DNA of 64,000 bases from Halorarum halobium (GTDB lineage Archaea > Halobacteriota > Halobacteria > Halobacteriales > Haloferacaceae): the NCBI RefSeq assembly GCF_032116555.1, contig NZ_CP134949.1, forward strand, positions 682,001 through 746,000, given 5' to 3'. The notes below the pieces were generated by a model. The model saw only the letters and a program-made list of their open reading frames with translations. It made no database searches and had not been told where the DNA came from. The first letter of the stretch is position 1; each line of letters begins with the position of its first letter. Both the position numbers and the translations under genes were made by a program. Shown piece by piece: positions 19,262 through 29,292 of the stretch.

Positions 19262-20158
19262 ATGCATAGGCGCACGTTCCTCAAGGGGGCATTATCGGCC
19301 TTTGCTATCCCGAGTCTTTCTCTCAGTGTTGCTGCCGAGCCCTCCACTCCGAGCATCAGTCAGACCGATCTCTCTCAGTATGGATGGAAAGTCACGGATC
19401 CGACCCCGACCATTCCTTCGTTCAGCGATAGTGGTCGCAAGGAGGATGTTCAGAAGACATCGTGGGGCCTGAATGCATTTCACGGAACCAATCTCCCCGG
19501 TAAGATAGAAGAGGCAACTCCGTTGGAAGATGTGGATCCTCTCAAGCACATCTGGACCACTCACGTTACAACAACGGATGAGGATACGAAGCAGGTGTGG
19601 ACGGGAAGTGAATCAGGGGAAGCAGCCGCCAGTATCGACGGGACGACGGAAGCTGCATTCGAGAAGTACGTTACTGAGTCGGTTCTTCAGGGAGAGATGG
19701 AGTTCCGTGGAGAGTTCCACCGTAAAGCAGCTAAACAGGGAACGACGGGGCTCCTTGGTCAAATCCCGACCTTTGGCCCTCTAATCGCCCAGTTGACGTC
19801 CTGGGTTTGGGATATGAAGACTTCAGTAACGACAGCTACCGAGGATACAGCACATATCTCGCAGTACTACTTCAGTGTCCCACTAACTGCGATCTCATCT
19901 GATGCGGAGAGCAAAGTTGACGAGGAGGTTTCACTGGATTACCGAGGAATCTACATCGACTGGTTCACAGATGATAACGAGTTCTACGCAGCTGGCGGAG
20001 TCTATCCTCAGAGCATGGAACACATGAACGTGCGATTGTCTGAGGCATTCGATTCTGGCATGGTCGATATCGATCTCGGGATTGACCCGGAAATCCAGAT
20101 GGAGACGAGTAGAGGATTTGAGAAGGAGGTTCTTGATCTTCTAAGGAAGGTTGGTTGA
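19262..20158 (+). CDS. Tat-exported protein, unknown function
   Basis: MHRRTFLKG twin-arginine signal, VAA cleavage-like site. Confidence 0.75.
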   Translation: MHRRTFLKGALSAFAIPSLSLSVAAEPSTPSISQTDLSQYGWKVTDPTPTIPSFSDSGRKEDVQKTSWGLNAFHGTNLPGKIEEATPLEDVDPLKHIWTTHVTTTDEDTKQVWTGSESGEAAASIDGTTEAAFEKYVTESVLQGEMEFRGEFHRKAAKQGTTGLLGQIPTFGPLIAQLTSWVWDMKTSVTTATEDTAHISQYYFSVPLTAISSDAESKVDEEVSLDYRGIYIDWFTDDNEFYAAGGVYPQSMEHMNVRLSEAFDSGMVDIDLGIDPEIQMETSRGFEKEVLDLLRKVG

Positions 20159-20173
20159 TCAGGATAAGACCAG

Positions 20174-21283
20174 CTAAGGGAGATACACTGAGTGGTCCTC
20201 CGGGTCGGTTGATTCGAGATCGTAGGATGGGAGACCGTCGAAAAACTCTTCGATAACTGGGATTAGGTGGTGGAAGTCAGTTATCAGAGTGTGCATCATT
20301 TCGTTCGGATCCTGGTTCTCGACTTCGTATCCCCAGAAGTCCTCAGGCGGGATATCGAATTTGCCCACTGACTGGTGGGTGATCGTCATGTCGAAGTCGC
20401 TGATGTAGTTGTCTTCGACCTCGAACGTGTAGCTTCGGTGGCTGCTAATCCCGGTAGAAAATTTGAAATCAGGGGTGTCGTCCGTTGTCCGGTAGTCTAT
20501 GCAGCTCCATCTGTTGATATCGGAGCTGTCGTCAATCTTGAACGTGACTCTCAACCCGTTACTGTCTTCCTCTGAGTTTCCGCTGGCAGCCTTCACAGTT
20601 TGAACCTTCCACGGATGATCCTCGTATTCCTGCAGACGAGCCTTCAGATCAGGTACAGAATCCAGTGCTTCTCGGTACTCGGAATGCGTGGTATAGTACT
20701 GGCTGAAGAACCCGTCATCTTCGTCCGGGTCGTAGTCGTCTGGTTTGAGACCGTCGGGCTGCCAGTCCTCCAGTAACTGCTCTACTTCGTCGTCAAAACT
20801 GGGCTCATCCGACATCTCCTCAAGAAGTTTTTCTACCGACGGTACAGTTCCGCCGCCCGATTCAGGCGTGGTAGATCCGCCGGTATCGTCGCTGAACTCT
20901 TCTCGAAGCTCTTTGACCCGGGACTGATACTGACCCCTGTAGTCCTCCGTAAGATCGAGGATTGTCTCAATGTCATCCGTTGTGAGATCCGGACCTGCGA
21001 CCTCTCGGAGATCATCGAAGTCAAGGTCTGAAGCATCTCCTTGAGGCCCGGAGTTTTCTGTCCAGTGCAGATCGACGTCGAAGAGCGTCCAAGTCAGGTG
21101 CTTGGGAACATTGACACCGCCGTCATCCCCTGGTTTTATCGGTTCATATCCCAGTTCTCGATAGATCTCTTCCGTCACTTCGGGTGTCTGTAACGGGAGA
21201 GGGTGACTTAAGCCGGAGACGTGTGCATGGACGTAGTAACCGTCTTTGTCGTTGGAATCAGCATATTCCTTTAGAACCGGCAT
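20174..21283 (-). CDS. acidic hypothetical protein
   Basis: 369-aa ORF, no motif recognised. Confidence 0.75.
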   Translation of the reverse strand: MPVLKEYADSNDKDGYYVHAHVSGLSHPLPLQTPEVTEEIYRELGYEPIKPGDDGGVNVPKHLTWTLFDVDLHWTENSGPQGDASDLDFDDLREVAGPDLTTDDIETILDLTEDYRGQYQSRVKELREEFSDDTGGSTTPESGGGTVPSVEKLLEEMSDEPSFDDEVEQLLEDWQPDGLKPDDYDPDEDDGFFSQYYTTHSEYREALDSVPDLKARLQEYEDHPWKVQTVKAASGNSEEDSNGLRVTFKIDDSSDINRWSCIDYRTTDDTPDFKFSTGISSHRSYTFEVEDNYISDFDMTITHQSVGKFDIPPEDFWGYEVENQDPNEMMHTLITDFHHLIPVIEEFFDGLPSYDLESTDPEDHSVYLP

Positions 21284-21395
21284 AAGAAGCTGTTGTCAGG
21301 ACCCATCATATAGTCCTCGTTCTCATCAAACAGAGATTGAGATTTTAGGGAGGACGGGTATCTTATATCGGCTAAACCGGTTCCACAGCAGGTTT

Positions 21396-22535
21396 CTATA
21401 GGTCCAGGGTTTCTTCGAGGAGCCTGATGCAGTAGATCACGGCGACATCAGACGCCCAGTTCACCTCGTTGAAGATGCTGTGAACGAGTTGACGGCCCTT
21501 CTCTAATTCAGATGCTGGACGCCGCTCCGTATACCTGACTCCGTCAATCGTCGTGCAGCTGGGAAGACTGGGCGAGGTCTTGGGAACCTGGTAGGCCGGT
21601 GCCTCCTCCATCTCGAACTCGCCCATGTTCTCGGTTTCCTGTGTCGTCGTGATTTCTTCTCTCTGCCGGACCTCGTCGATCCGGTCGTACAGGTCCAGGA
21701 TGTAGTCTTCGCTGCTGTCGTTGAACATGACGACGCTCTCGGCGTTGTGGAACTGCAGTAGGTTCAGGTCGTCAATGACCTCCTCGTCTTTGATCAGGAC
21801 TTGCCTCTTGGAGTTGTGGTCGAACCTGTAGACATCCCAGTCGTAGAGGAGCAGGATATGGTTCTGGTCGATAGGGCAGTAGATCTGGAGGCCGCGGTTG
21901 CCCATGCCTGCAGGAACCAGACCGAGTTGGTGTTTGTACTGGGGGATGTCGAGGACCATCGGGGCGTCGGAGATGATGAACTCCTGGTCGGTGACGTTGC
22001 ACAGCATCACTCCATGGAGGTCTTTGATCCCGATGTAGCCGAAGATACCCTGGGCGATTAGGAAGTGGTGTACGCCGAGGAGCTGATGTTCAACCAGTTT
22101 CTCTTTCTTCTCTTCCTCATTGAACTCGTCTTCCCACTCGATCCGGTCCTCGTACCTGCCGGCTTCCATGTCGTCTTCGACGGCGTCTTTCAGGAAGTCG
22201 TAGCCCTGTTTGATATCCTCCTTTGTCGCCCGGCTTCTGGTTCTTTGAGTGGTGATGAAGGAGAGCAAGAGGTCGATACGTTGCTGGGAGAGATCAGTCA
22301 AGTCGTCTCCATCTCGGAGCTCGTTGAATGGATGTGCGTGGTGGCCGTCGAGGTTTGCCAGCTCGTCTTCTACGACGGGAGGGTTTCCGTAGAAGTAGTT
22401 TCGGGAGCAGACGTTGTCAGTGGTATCTGGAAATATATTTCCGGCAGATAGCGGTAGAACGTTGAGTTTTCCGTCTGTGGCCCAGGCACGGAGGTAGTGC
22501 TTGGGGACGTAGTGCTGGTTTTTCCTCTCCGGCAT
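21396..22535 (-). CDS. DUF4238 domain protein (putative anti-virus)
   Basis: NQHYVPKHYLRAW N-terminus, QRTRS, FIISDAP, CPID motifs. Confidence 0.8.
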   Translation of the reverse strand: MPERKNQHYVPKHYLRAWATDGKLNVLPLSAGNIFPDTTDNVCSRNYFYGNPPVVEDELANLDGHHAHPFNELRDGDDLTDLSQQRIDLLLSFITTQRTRSRATKEDIKQGYDFLKDAVEDDMEAGRYEDRIEWEDEFNEEEKKEKLVEHQLLGVHHFLIAQGIFGYIGIKDLHGVMLCNVTDQEFIISDAPMVLDIPQYKHQLGLVPAGMGNRGLQIYCPIDQNHILLLYDWDVYRFDHNSKRQVLIKDEEVIDDLNLLQFHNAESVVMFNDSSEDYILDLYDRIDEVRQREEITTTQETENMGEFEMEEAPAYQVPKTSPSLPSCTTIDGVRYTERRPASELEKGRQLVHSIFNEVNWASDVAVIYCIRLLEETLDL

Positions 22536-22576
22536 CCTCTTACGTCCCAGGTAGCGATTCGGGCGTTAAAGAGGTT

Positions 22577-23860
22577 TCAACGGGAGACGAAGTCGTTCGG
22601 TTCGAGATCCGTCATCCCGTGTAGGCTTTCGGTGTTGCCTTCAAGCAGGATTTCTCGTAGAAGTCGTTGGAGGAGTATGAGGAGGGCGTTGTAGTCCCGG
22701 CTGATCTCTGTAGTGGTGACGCTGGATCCTCCGTGGATGACGTGGTTCCGGGCAGGGCACCAGAAGTATTCTGGGGTGATGTCGTCGCGTCCGTAGATGT
22801 CGTCTCCATATTTGGTTATGAGGCTGCCGTTTTCCGGGATCAGGTCCTGGTACTCTACTCCGACTCCATTAACCAGGCCGCTTATCATGTCGGCAGTAGC
22901 GCCTGGGTCTTGCTCTAGGTACCTGTCGGCAAGCATCTCGACTGCTATACAGAGGTTTGTGAACTTGACGTCGACCGGCCGGTTCGGATCGAGTGAGTCG
23001 GCGTAGAAGCCGTGGATTTTCTTGAGTTCGAGGGATTCCTGTTTTTCTCGGAAGTGGTCGTAGGCCCGGTCCAGGAATAAGGGGAGTTCTTGCCCCACCA
23101 TGAGCAGAAGATTCCCTGATTTGCAGCATCCTCCGACGTTGCCGTGTAGGCTGCGGATCCTGACGTAGCCCGGCTGATTTGAGTTTTCTTCCCTGATTTC
23201 GAGCTTCGAGTGGGAGGGCAGCGTTCCCTGTATGTAGGTGGAAAGCCAGGTGACTTCGTTCAGTAGCCCTTCGGTGACCGTGCCAACTCGGTCCAGGCCT
23301 CCGTAGATTCCGCTGATAGATACATCAAGTTGAACGGTGCGGACCAGGTTCTGGTAGTTCTGGATAGAGTTGACCCGAGTAGTATAGTCGGGTAGGGGTC
23401 TAACGGAAATGCTCCAGTCTGCTGTGTTTCCGCTTCCGGCCCGCCATCCCGTTCTTTCGATGAGGTCAACTCTGTCGTCAGGATCGGAAAAGCGAGGAGT
23501 ACCCTTGTACTGGAATCCGAGGACGTCAGCTGTAAGATTTACTTCTTCCCCTTCGATGACCCGGTCTTCACTACTGCAGATTTCGACGACAGAGGGGTTC
23601 AGGGAGAGTAGTTCGTCTGCGAAGCAGAACAGGTCGCTGACGATTACTTGTTCGCCTTGTTCAGTGGTTCCCGTGACCTCTGGGTAGATTCCTGTTTCCA
23701 GTCCTTCCGTTTCTAAGCCCATTCTGGAGGTTTCGAGGTTGAGTTGGCCACCTTCGGATAGGGAGATCTCAACAGGCAGGGTCTCGTCTTCAACCTCTAA
23801 TTCGGCCTGTCGTTGGAAGATTATCGCATGGTTGTCGACGAAATCCTGGGACGGTTCCAT
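22577..23860 (-). CDS. ApeA-like HEPN domain protein (putative RNase)
   Basis: beta-rich N-terminus; KFTNLCIAVEML helix and RNHVIHG (RxxxxH) HEPN motif. Confidence 0.7.
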   Translation of the reverse strand: MEPSQDFVDNHAIIFQRQAELEVEDETLPVEISLSEGGQLNLETSRMGLETEGLETGIYPEVTGTTEQGEQVIVSDLFCFADELLSLNPSVVEICSSEDRVIEGEEVNLTADVLGFQYKGTPRFSDPDDRVDLIERTGWRAGSGNTADWSISVRPLPDYTTRVNSIQNYQNLVRTVQLDVSISGIYGGLDRVGTVTEGLLNEVTWLSTYIQGTLPSHSKLEIREENSNQPGYVRIRSLHGNVGGCCKSGNLLLMVGQELPLFLDRAYDHFREKQESLELKKIHGFYADSLDPNRPVDVKFTNLCIAVEMLADRYLEQDPGATADMISGLVNGVGVEYQDLIPENGSLITKYGDDIYGRDDITPEYFWCPARNHVIHGGSSVTTTEISRDYNALLILLQRLLREILLEGNTESLHGMTDLEPNDFVSR

Positions 23861-23923
23861 TCTATATACTGGTGCGATAGATGGACATGGGTGAAGACTC
23901 TTCGGTAGATTAGGCTTCGATGG

Positions 23924-24331
23924 TCATTTGTCTCCGAACCATTCTTCGTTGTTTTCGTGGATGCGGTCGTTGACCTCTCGGATTTCCTCGTTGTGGTCCT
24001 CAATTTGCTCAGCTGCGTTCATCATCTCCTCGAACGCTTTCCTTGGGTCGTCGCGGATCTCCTCGGGGTCGTGGAACACCCAGTCTCCAAACTCGGAGAA
24101 ATCCTCGGCGCTCAACTCCTCCAAGTCTCTTTGACTGGGTTCTATGCTCTCGAGAAATTCCTCGATGTCGACTGTGGGCAGCGGCCCGTCTCCTCCTGGT
24201 GACTGGATTTCTTGCCGGAGTTCGAGGACGGTTTTCTCAGATTCTTCGAGCTCCTGCTGGAGGAACTGGATGCGGTCATGCAGGTAGTCAATGTACTCCT
24301 TGGTTTCCTGGTCGAGATCTTCTTCACTCAT
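23924..24331 (-). CDS. coiled-coil hypothetical protein
   Basis: 135-aa acidic ORF, ATGA overlap. Confidence 0.65.
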   Translation of the reverse strand: MSEEDLDQETKEYIDYLHDRIQFLQQELEESEKTVLELRQEIQSPGGDGPLPTVDIEEFLESIEPSQRDLEELSAEDFSEFGDWVFHDPEEIRDDPRKAFEEMMNAAEQIEDHNEEIREVNDRIHENNEEWFGDK

Positions 24332-24543
24332 TCTCTGAGTTGGCTGTGTAGTTCTTCGAGGCCGCCGTCTTCCTCTTGGAGCCGTTTGATCATGTCCAGT
24401 AATTCGGTACGGGAGTACATTTCATCGCGCTCCCCTTCGAACTGGTATTCCATGCCGTGACCGGTCAACTGGACGTATCGAAGTTCTTTGTCTTCCTGTT
24501 TTTCCACGTCGGCTGCTGGTTCCAGCTTTGAGTCGGAGCCCAT
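24328..24543 (-). CDS. hypothetical protein
   Basis: 71-aa ORF. Confidence 0.6.
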   Translation of the reverse strand: MGSDSKLEPAADVEKQEDKELRYVQLTGHGMEYQFEGERDEMYSRTELLDMIKRLQEEDGGLEELHSQLRE

Positions 24544-24663
24544 ATATTCGCCATATGGTACACTGTTCTAAAGGGTTTATCCTCGCTTACCCTGAGGGTT
24601 TCCTTAGGGTGTCGAAGGCTTCTACTGGCAGGCTTTTTCTGGAGACCATGTCAATCGCCGAGT

Positions 24664-24846
24664 ATGGCTAAGTGTCCGTATTGCGGGGAAGATGCTGATA
24701 GAGGTGATTTCTTCCAACCGGTTAATGCGTGGGACGTCGATGAACGGTATGACACGGATGCTGGAAGCTTTTTCCTGGTGTGTTGCCCCAGTTGTGACTC
24801 TGTTCTCGGTGGCTCCCACGACGCAGTGGACGACAGCTACCTCTGA
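24664..24846 (+). CDS. CPxCG zinc-finger micro-protein
   Basis: CPYCG and CPSCD. Confidence 0.7.
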   Translation: MAKCPYCGEDADRGDFFQPVNAWDVDERYDTDAGSFFLVCCPSCDSVLGGSHDAVDDSYL

Positions 24847-25292
24847 TCTTGGAGTTCTTCCCAGGCTTCTGCTCGGAGCTTGTTCTCCAGTTCTTTGGTG
24901 TCCACGCCGGCATCTTCCATCCGCTGCAAGGTTTCCTCTTCTTCCTCTTCCAGTTCGGCCAGTCGGTCCTGGAAGTCTTCAAGAACCTGGTCCACGTGCT
25001 GCTTCTCCTCGCGGACTTCGTTGACGAAGAACTCCCCCAGGACAGTCAGTTCGTAGGTTTGATCGGAGTCGGTAGGCCGGTAGACGAGTCCGGCGTCGAT
25101 CAACCGTTCAATGTTTTTCTGGAGGCCGGACCGTGTCATCCCGAGTTCGTCGGTGAGCTGGGAGACAGACTCGCCTTCGTCAAGTTGTAGAATAACAGCT
25201 AACCGTGCCTCGTTGCCGAGGGATTTGTAGACTTCAGCTAAGTCCTCCCAGGTAGCCTTGTCGCGTTCGCTCACTGCCTCGAAACTATCCAC
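24837..25292 (-). CDS. ArsR-like winged-HTH regulator with coiled-coil tail
   Basis: LGNEARLAVI...SVSQLTDELGMTRSGLQKNIERLIDAGLV...YELT. Confidence 0.8.
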   Translation of the reverse strand: MDSFEAVSERDKATWEDLAEVYKSLGNEARLAVILQLDEGESVSQLTDELGMTRSGLQKNIERLIDAGLVYRPTDSDQTYELTVLGEFFVNEVREEKQHVDQVLEDFQDRLAELEEEEEETLQRMEDAGVDTKELENKLRAEAWEELQDQR

Positions 25293-25405
25293 GACTCCTA
25301 TTTATAAAGTAGGGCTCTGAGAGTGGTTGAGTAGATAGTTAACTACGCCAAAACGCTTATTGTATCGTGGAGTAAATAACCGGGTTAGAGGCGACTGGAA
25401 AAGCC

Positions 25406-26095
25406 ATGCTCGAAAAAATTGGCCACGCCCTCGGCCTGTCCCACGAGAAGCGGCACGGCGAGAACGAAGTGGAGAAATGGAAACGCCTGAAGGATGAAGA
25501 ATCCGACTTCTTCGACGCCCACTGGGACTCGGAAATGCTGGACACCCAGTACGAACGAGAAACAGTCAAAGAAGACATCAGGCACCGTAAACACGACCTG
25601 AAAAAACTGAAAACCCAGATCCGGAACCACTGGCGGACCTACCAGGACCGGTTGGAAACAGCCCGTGACAGCGACGAAGGTATCGACGAGCTGGAGGCGA
25701 AGACGAAGGCAAAACAGGCGAAGAAAGCTGCCAAGGACAAGGAACAGCTGTACAAACTGCTGTGGATGGAGCTGTCGGCGTTGAAGAACGCACTGCGGAA
25801 GGACGGCCAGATCCGTATCCTTGGTGGGGACACCTACAAGGTCGCGTTCTCCGACGTCGACAACGCAGCGGTTGAGCAGATGGCGGAGGAGCATCGTTCC
25901 CTTCTTCGTCGGCGGAGGATGAAGGTGGAAGAGTTCAAGGAAGGTATCGACCGGACTGAAGCTGAAGACGTGCACATCGACTTCAGCGACATCGAGAAGG
26001 ATGCTGCTGAACTCGAGATGGAGGACATGGACGTGGATATCTTCGTCGAGTCCGAGACCCCGGAGATAGAAGCAGGAGAAACCGAGTGGGATTGA
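25406..26095 (+). CDS. all-helical protein, possibly PspA/ESCRT-III-like
   Basis: Basic N-terminal helical hairpin, acidic C-terminal half ending DFSDIEKDAAELE; fold call is by eye only. Confidence 0.45.
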   Translation: MLEKIGHALGLSHEKRHGENEVEKWKRLKDEESDFFDAHWDSEMLDTQYERETVKEDIRHRKHDLKKLKTQIRNHWRTYQDRLETARDSDEGIDELEAKTKAKQAKKAAKDKEQLYKLLWMELSALKNALRKDGQIRILGGDTYKVAFSDVDNAAVEQMAEEHRSLLRRRRMKVEEFKEGIDRTEAEDVHIDFSDIEKDAAELEMEDMDVDIFVESETPEIEAGETEWD

Positions 26096-26104
26096 AGCAA
26101 AGCC

Positions 26105-26311
26105 ATGAGTGATGACGTGAGCGAGTTATCTGAGGCGGAGTTGGCGGAGAAGATCCTGGAGTCAGCTGAGGCATCGGATGAGATGACTGCCCGTGTTCCG
26201 TGCCGGGAGTGCGGCCATACATTCGAGTTCGACATGGAGAACGTGTTCGAGTACGTCCTACGGAAGAAGTACGGGATGCGATCGAAGGACCTGGAGAAGA
26301 GGAGGGAGTGA
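26105..26311 (+). CDS. small protein with CRECG motif
   Basis: 68 aa, TGATG overlap with next gene. Confidence 0.65.
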   Translation: MSDDVSELSEAELAEKILESAEASDEMTARVPCRECGHTFEFDMENVFEYVLRKKYGMRSKDLEKRRE

Positions 26312-26745
26312 TGGACCGGGTTCGAGACAACCTGTTTTTCGGAGATATCTACGACGCGGCTGACCACGAGTACTATCGGGAGAACGAGATCGACGCGGTG
26401 GTGAAGCTTTGTGGCATTAACCCTGTTCCAGAGTATCCGGACCATGTCGAGGTCGTGGATATGCGGATGCCGGACAGTGAGGAGAACGAGTTGGAGGAGG
26501 TTGCCAAGGCGGTTGATCTTATCGTGAAGAAGTTGGAGCGTGGGCAGACGGTTTTCGTTCACTGTGCTGCAGGTCAGAGTCGTTCAGTCACCGTTGCGGC
26601 TGCTGTTCATGCTATCTTGGAGAAAACTGGTTTTGACCAGGGTTTGGATAGGATTCGGGAGCTCCGGGATGTGCAGCCCCACCCGAAACTGCAGGAAAAT
26701 GGCGTCAGCATTGTCCAGGTCTTCAACGGGGAAACGGATTCTTAG
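26311..26745 (+). CDS. dual-specificity protein phosphatase
   Basis: VHCAAGQSRS (HCxxGxxR) P-loop, MPD general-acid loop; start at ATG 26311. Confidence 0.9.
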   Translation: MDRVRDNLFFGDIYDAADHEYYRENEIDAVVKLCGINPVPEYPDHVEVVDMRMPDSEENELEEVAKAVDLIVKKLERGQTVFVHCAAGQSRSVTVAAAVHAILEKTGFDQGLDRIRELRDVQPHPKLQENGVSIVQVFNGETDS

Positions 26746-28142
26746 ATGTATTCTGCGAGGCTGGAGTCGCCGGAGCTGCTACTGGAATTGCTGAAATCCT
26801 TGCCTTGGCTCAACGTGTAGTCCAGGCTCTTCCATTTCTCGGATTGGTGCTTCTTCAGGTCGTTGTCACTGACCTCTTTTTCGACGTCATAGTAGTTGAG
26901 GTCGACGGGCACTGGTTTCCGGTTGCCGTGCTGGACCACGGCTTGACCGACGTCCAGGTTCTGGATGTACCGTTTCTGGATCTCGGTCAGCTTCATCGAC
27001 TCCGCTATCGATTTGAACTGCTTCCAGTCTTTCATCGGGAGCAGCATCTTGGTCCCAGTGTTGGCCTTCAGTGAGTCAGTGAGCTTGGTGGCTTCCTGGT
27101 CAGCGGCCATGATCCCGAGTCCGAACTCTCGTGCCCGCGCAGTCAGGTCGTCAATCTCCGGGATGCCAGCTGCGTCTGATTGTTCTTTCTTGTAACTGAA
27201 CGCTTGCTTCGCCTCGTCCCAGATCAGGAGTAGCTGGAGCTGGCCGTTCCGAGACCCGTTTTGGAACATGTATTCGTAGAGCCAGGCGAACAGGATTTCC
27301 TGGATGAAGTTCTGGATATCACGGTTCAAGCCGCCGAACTCAAAGACGACCACGTTCCGCTTCATGAGTTCGGGAAGGCTGTATCCTTGGCTGCAGTCGA
27401 AGATCGGTCCGGTTACCGTGGTCATCGGCTCCAACCTGTTGAGGACGGTGTCGCGGTAGTTCGACTCTTTTCGTACGAAGTTGACCTTGTCTGATTTGAT
27501 GAGGGCTTCCAGGTCGTGGAGACTTGGGTACGGCGGGGATCTGTCTCTGAATAGGTCGTATTCTTTGTAGAGTTCGGTGACATGGCTGAGGATGTAGTTC
27601 TTTGACCCTGAGAGTAGGTCTCCTGCGTGGCTGTAGATCTCGCTGAATACCATTGCCCACCGCAGCAGTCCGACGTTTTCCGGTGGCTGCAATGGGTTGA
27701 ACCTGAGTTTGTTCCAGGGGATTACGAGGACGTCCGTGGTTTCGTGGATGAGGTGGCGGTAGTCTCTTTTCCGGTCGAAGATCCAGCAGGGGGTGGAGAT
27801 CTGGTCGAGGATGTTGTAGTGGTTCGTGGTTTTCCCGGTTCCCGTGGCTCCTACTGTGAGCAGGTGCCGGGTGAGTTCGTCTTCCTTGATGGCGTACGTA
27901 CGTCCTTCACCCACTGTCTCTCCAAGGATCACGGGGCGGTCAGTGTAGGAGACGTTGGGTGTCTCGCCGTTGAACGGGTATTCCTGGTAGCTCTGGATGA
28001 ATACGTGAAGCCTCTGCTTGACCGCTTTCTTGACCCGGGGATTCTCTGCTACTGTGGCTTTCTGCAGCAGTTGCTTTGCCTTCGGATGATCCTGGATCCC
28101 AAGTCTTTCCAATTGCTGCTCAAGTGTTGAGAGGTCTTTCAT
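26742..28142 (-). CDS. HerA/TraD/VirB4-like P-loop ATPase (DUF87-type)
   Basis: HLLTVGATGTGKT, IFDRKRDY, LIWDEA, RAREFGLG...DQ. Confidence 0.8.
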   Translation of the reverse strand: MKDLSTLEQQLERLGIQDHPKAKQLLQKATVAENPRVKKAVKQRLHVFIQSYQEYPFNGETPNVSYTDRPVILGETVGEGRTYAIKEDELTRHLLTVGATGTGKTTNHYNILDQISTPCWIFDRKRDYRHLIHETTDVLVIPWNKLRFNPLQPPENVGLLRWAMVFSEIYSHAGDLLSGSKNYILSHVTELYKEYDLFRDRSPPYPSLHDLEALIKSDKVNFVRKESNYRDTVLNRLEPMTTVTGPIFDCSQGYSLPELMKRNVVVFEFGGLNRDIQNFIQEILFAWLYEYMFQNGSRNGQLQLLLIWDEAKQAFSYKKEQSDAAGIPEIDDLTARAREFGLGIMAADQEATKLTDSLKANTGTKMLLPMKDWKQFKSIAESMKLTEIQKRYIQNLDVGQAVVQHGNRKPVPVDLNYYDVEKEVSDNDLKKHQSEKWKSLDYTLSQGKDFSNSSSSSGDSSLAEYI

Positions 28143-28214
28143 CGAGAATCAGCTGCCGGGATAGAGTGGATTCTCGCAGGGAGATTTATCAATATAAGTT
28201 CAACAAGCTGCAGT

Positions 28215-28373
28215 GTGGAGCAGGGTTTCGATCGAGGCGACTACGGCAAGGTATTGAAGGCGATTAAGAAGAAGCACATCTGCCCGATATGCAGCAAGGC
28301 TTGGGACAGTCAGAAGAAGGCAGTGGAGAAGTTCTTTGAGAATCACAGTGTCGACGAACTCGAGTCCAGATAA
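28215..28373 (+). CDS. 52-aa protein with CPIC motif
   Basis: MEQGFDRGDYGKVLKAIKKKHICPICSK...; overlaps the 3' end of the convergent gene. Confidence 0.45.
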   Translation: MEQGFDRGDYGKVLKAIKKKHICPICSKAWDSQKKAVEKFFENHSVDELESR

Positions 28374-28669
28374 TCTTCTGAGAACCGATCGACAAGCGCG
28401 TCGTAGCCTTCGTCTTCCAGTATCTCTATGGCTGTCTCTTTGTGCCAGATCGGGTTGTAAGGCTCTTCTATCCTGTATTGTGGGCCGTAGTGGTCGCTGA
28501 TGTAGAGGCCGAATGGGACGTCTTCGTGGTTGTCGAGGTATTCGTGGTCGCAGATGTACCTCTCGTGGATATTGTATTGGTCGCGGTCGATCCAGTCGTT
28601 CCAAACTATGTCATCGATCAGCTGTTCTTCGAGGGTGCGGCCGAACTCGTCGGTGTGGTCTTCCCCAAT
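28343..28669 (-). CDS. 108-aa acidic protein, putative ATT start (absent from ORF track)
   Basis: TGGTGA + 7 nt + ATT GGG GAA; frame GEDHTDEFGRTLEEQLIDD... contains no ATG/GTG/TTG; fills an operon gap. Confidence 0.7.
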   Translation of the reverse strand: MGEDHTDEFGRTLEEQLIDDIVWNDWIDRDQYNIHERYICDHEYLDNHEDVPFGLYISDHYGPQYRIEEPYNPIWHKETAIEILEDEGYDALVDRFSEDYLDSSSSTL

Positions 28670-28676
28670 TCCAGGA

Positions 28677-29279
28677 TCACCATTCTATCTGGTCGGCTGA
28701 CTCCGCGAGTTCGGTCATGTCGTGGCTGTACCCCTCGGGTAGAGTGTATCCTCCGTCAGGAGCGAATTGATCAAGGCCAGACTGCTCTGTTTTGACTTCG
28801 ACCCCTTCCATCTCCTTTGCGTCGAGTTTGATCTTGTACAGGCCGGCGCTTTCGTATCGGTCCTGTTCTTCGGGATTGCTCTCCATGAGGTTCTCCATCA
28901 TCCTCTCGGCTTCTTCCATGGAGTCGTGGGCGATGTCGGCGGAATCGCCGTTCACCATCTTGTCGGAGATATAGTTCCCGTTCTCGTCTCTCCAAGCCCA
29001 GAAGTATTTCCGCGGTCGGCCTCCGTCAGTCATCAGATCGGTTTCTTCGAGATCTCCAAGTTCATCTTCCAGTTCCTCTATCCGGAGATCGTAGTGAGCG
29101 AGAGGAGCGTAGTTGAACAGGCCGTACTTCATCTCACCGTCTCGGGAAGCGTCGAGGAATAGCCAGTGTGGTTTCCTGAACTCGACGTATTCCTCGGTCT
29201 CGATTTTCTCCTGCTCCAGTTCTTGGATTTCCTGCTCGATTTCCAGTTCCTCAGTAAATGGTTCTGAAGCGTCTGAAAT
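28677..29279 (-). CDS. 200-aa hypothetical protein (putative ATT start)
   Basis: AGGGTGA + 8 nt, ATT directly after an in-frame TAG; 49 extra acidic codons ahead of the track's ATG; contains the haloarchaeal TDGG linker. Confidence 0.65.
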   Translation of the reverse strand: MSDASEPFTEELEIEQEIQELEQEKIETEEYVEFRKPHWLFLDASRDGEMKYGLFNYAPLAHYDLRIEELEDELGDLEETDLMTDGGRPRKYFWAWRDENGNYISDKMVNGDSADIAHDSMEEAERMMENLMESNPEEQDRYESAGLYKIKLDAKEMEGVEVKTEQSGLDQFAPDGGYTLPEGYSHDMTELAESADQIEW

Positions 29280-29292
29280 CTATGAGATCACC

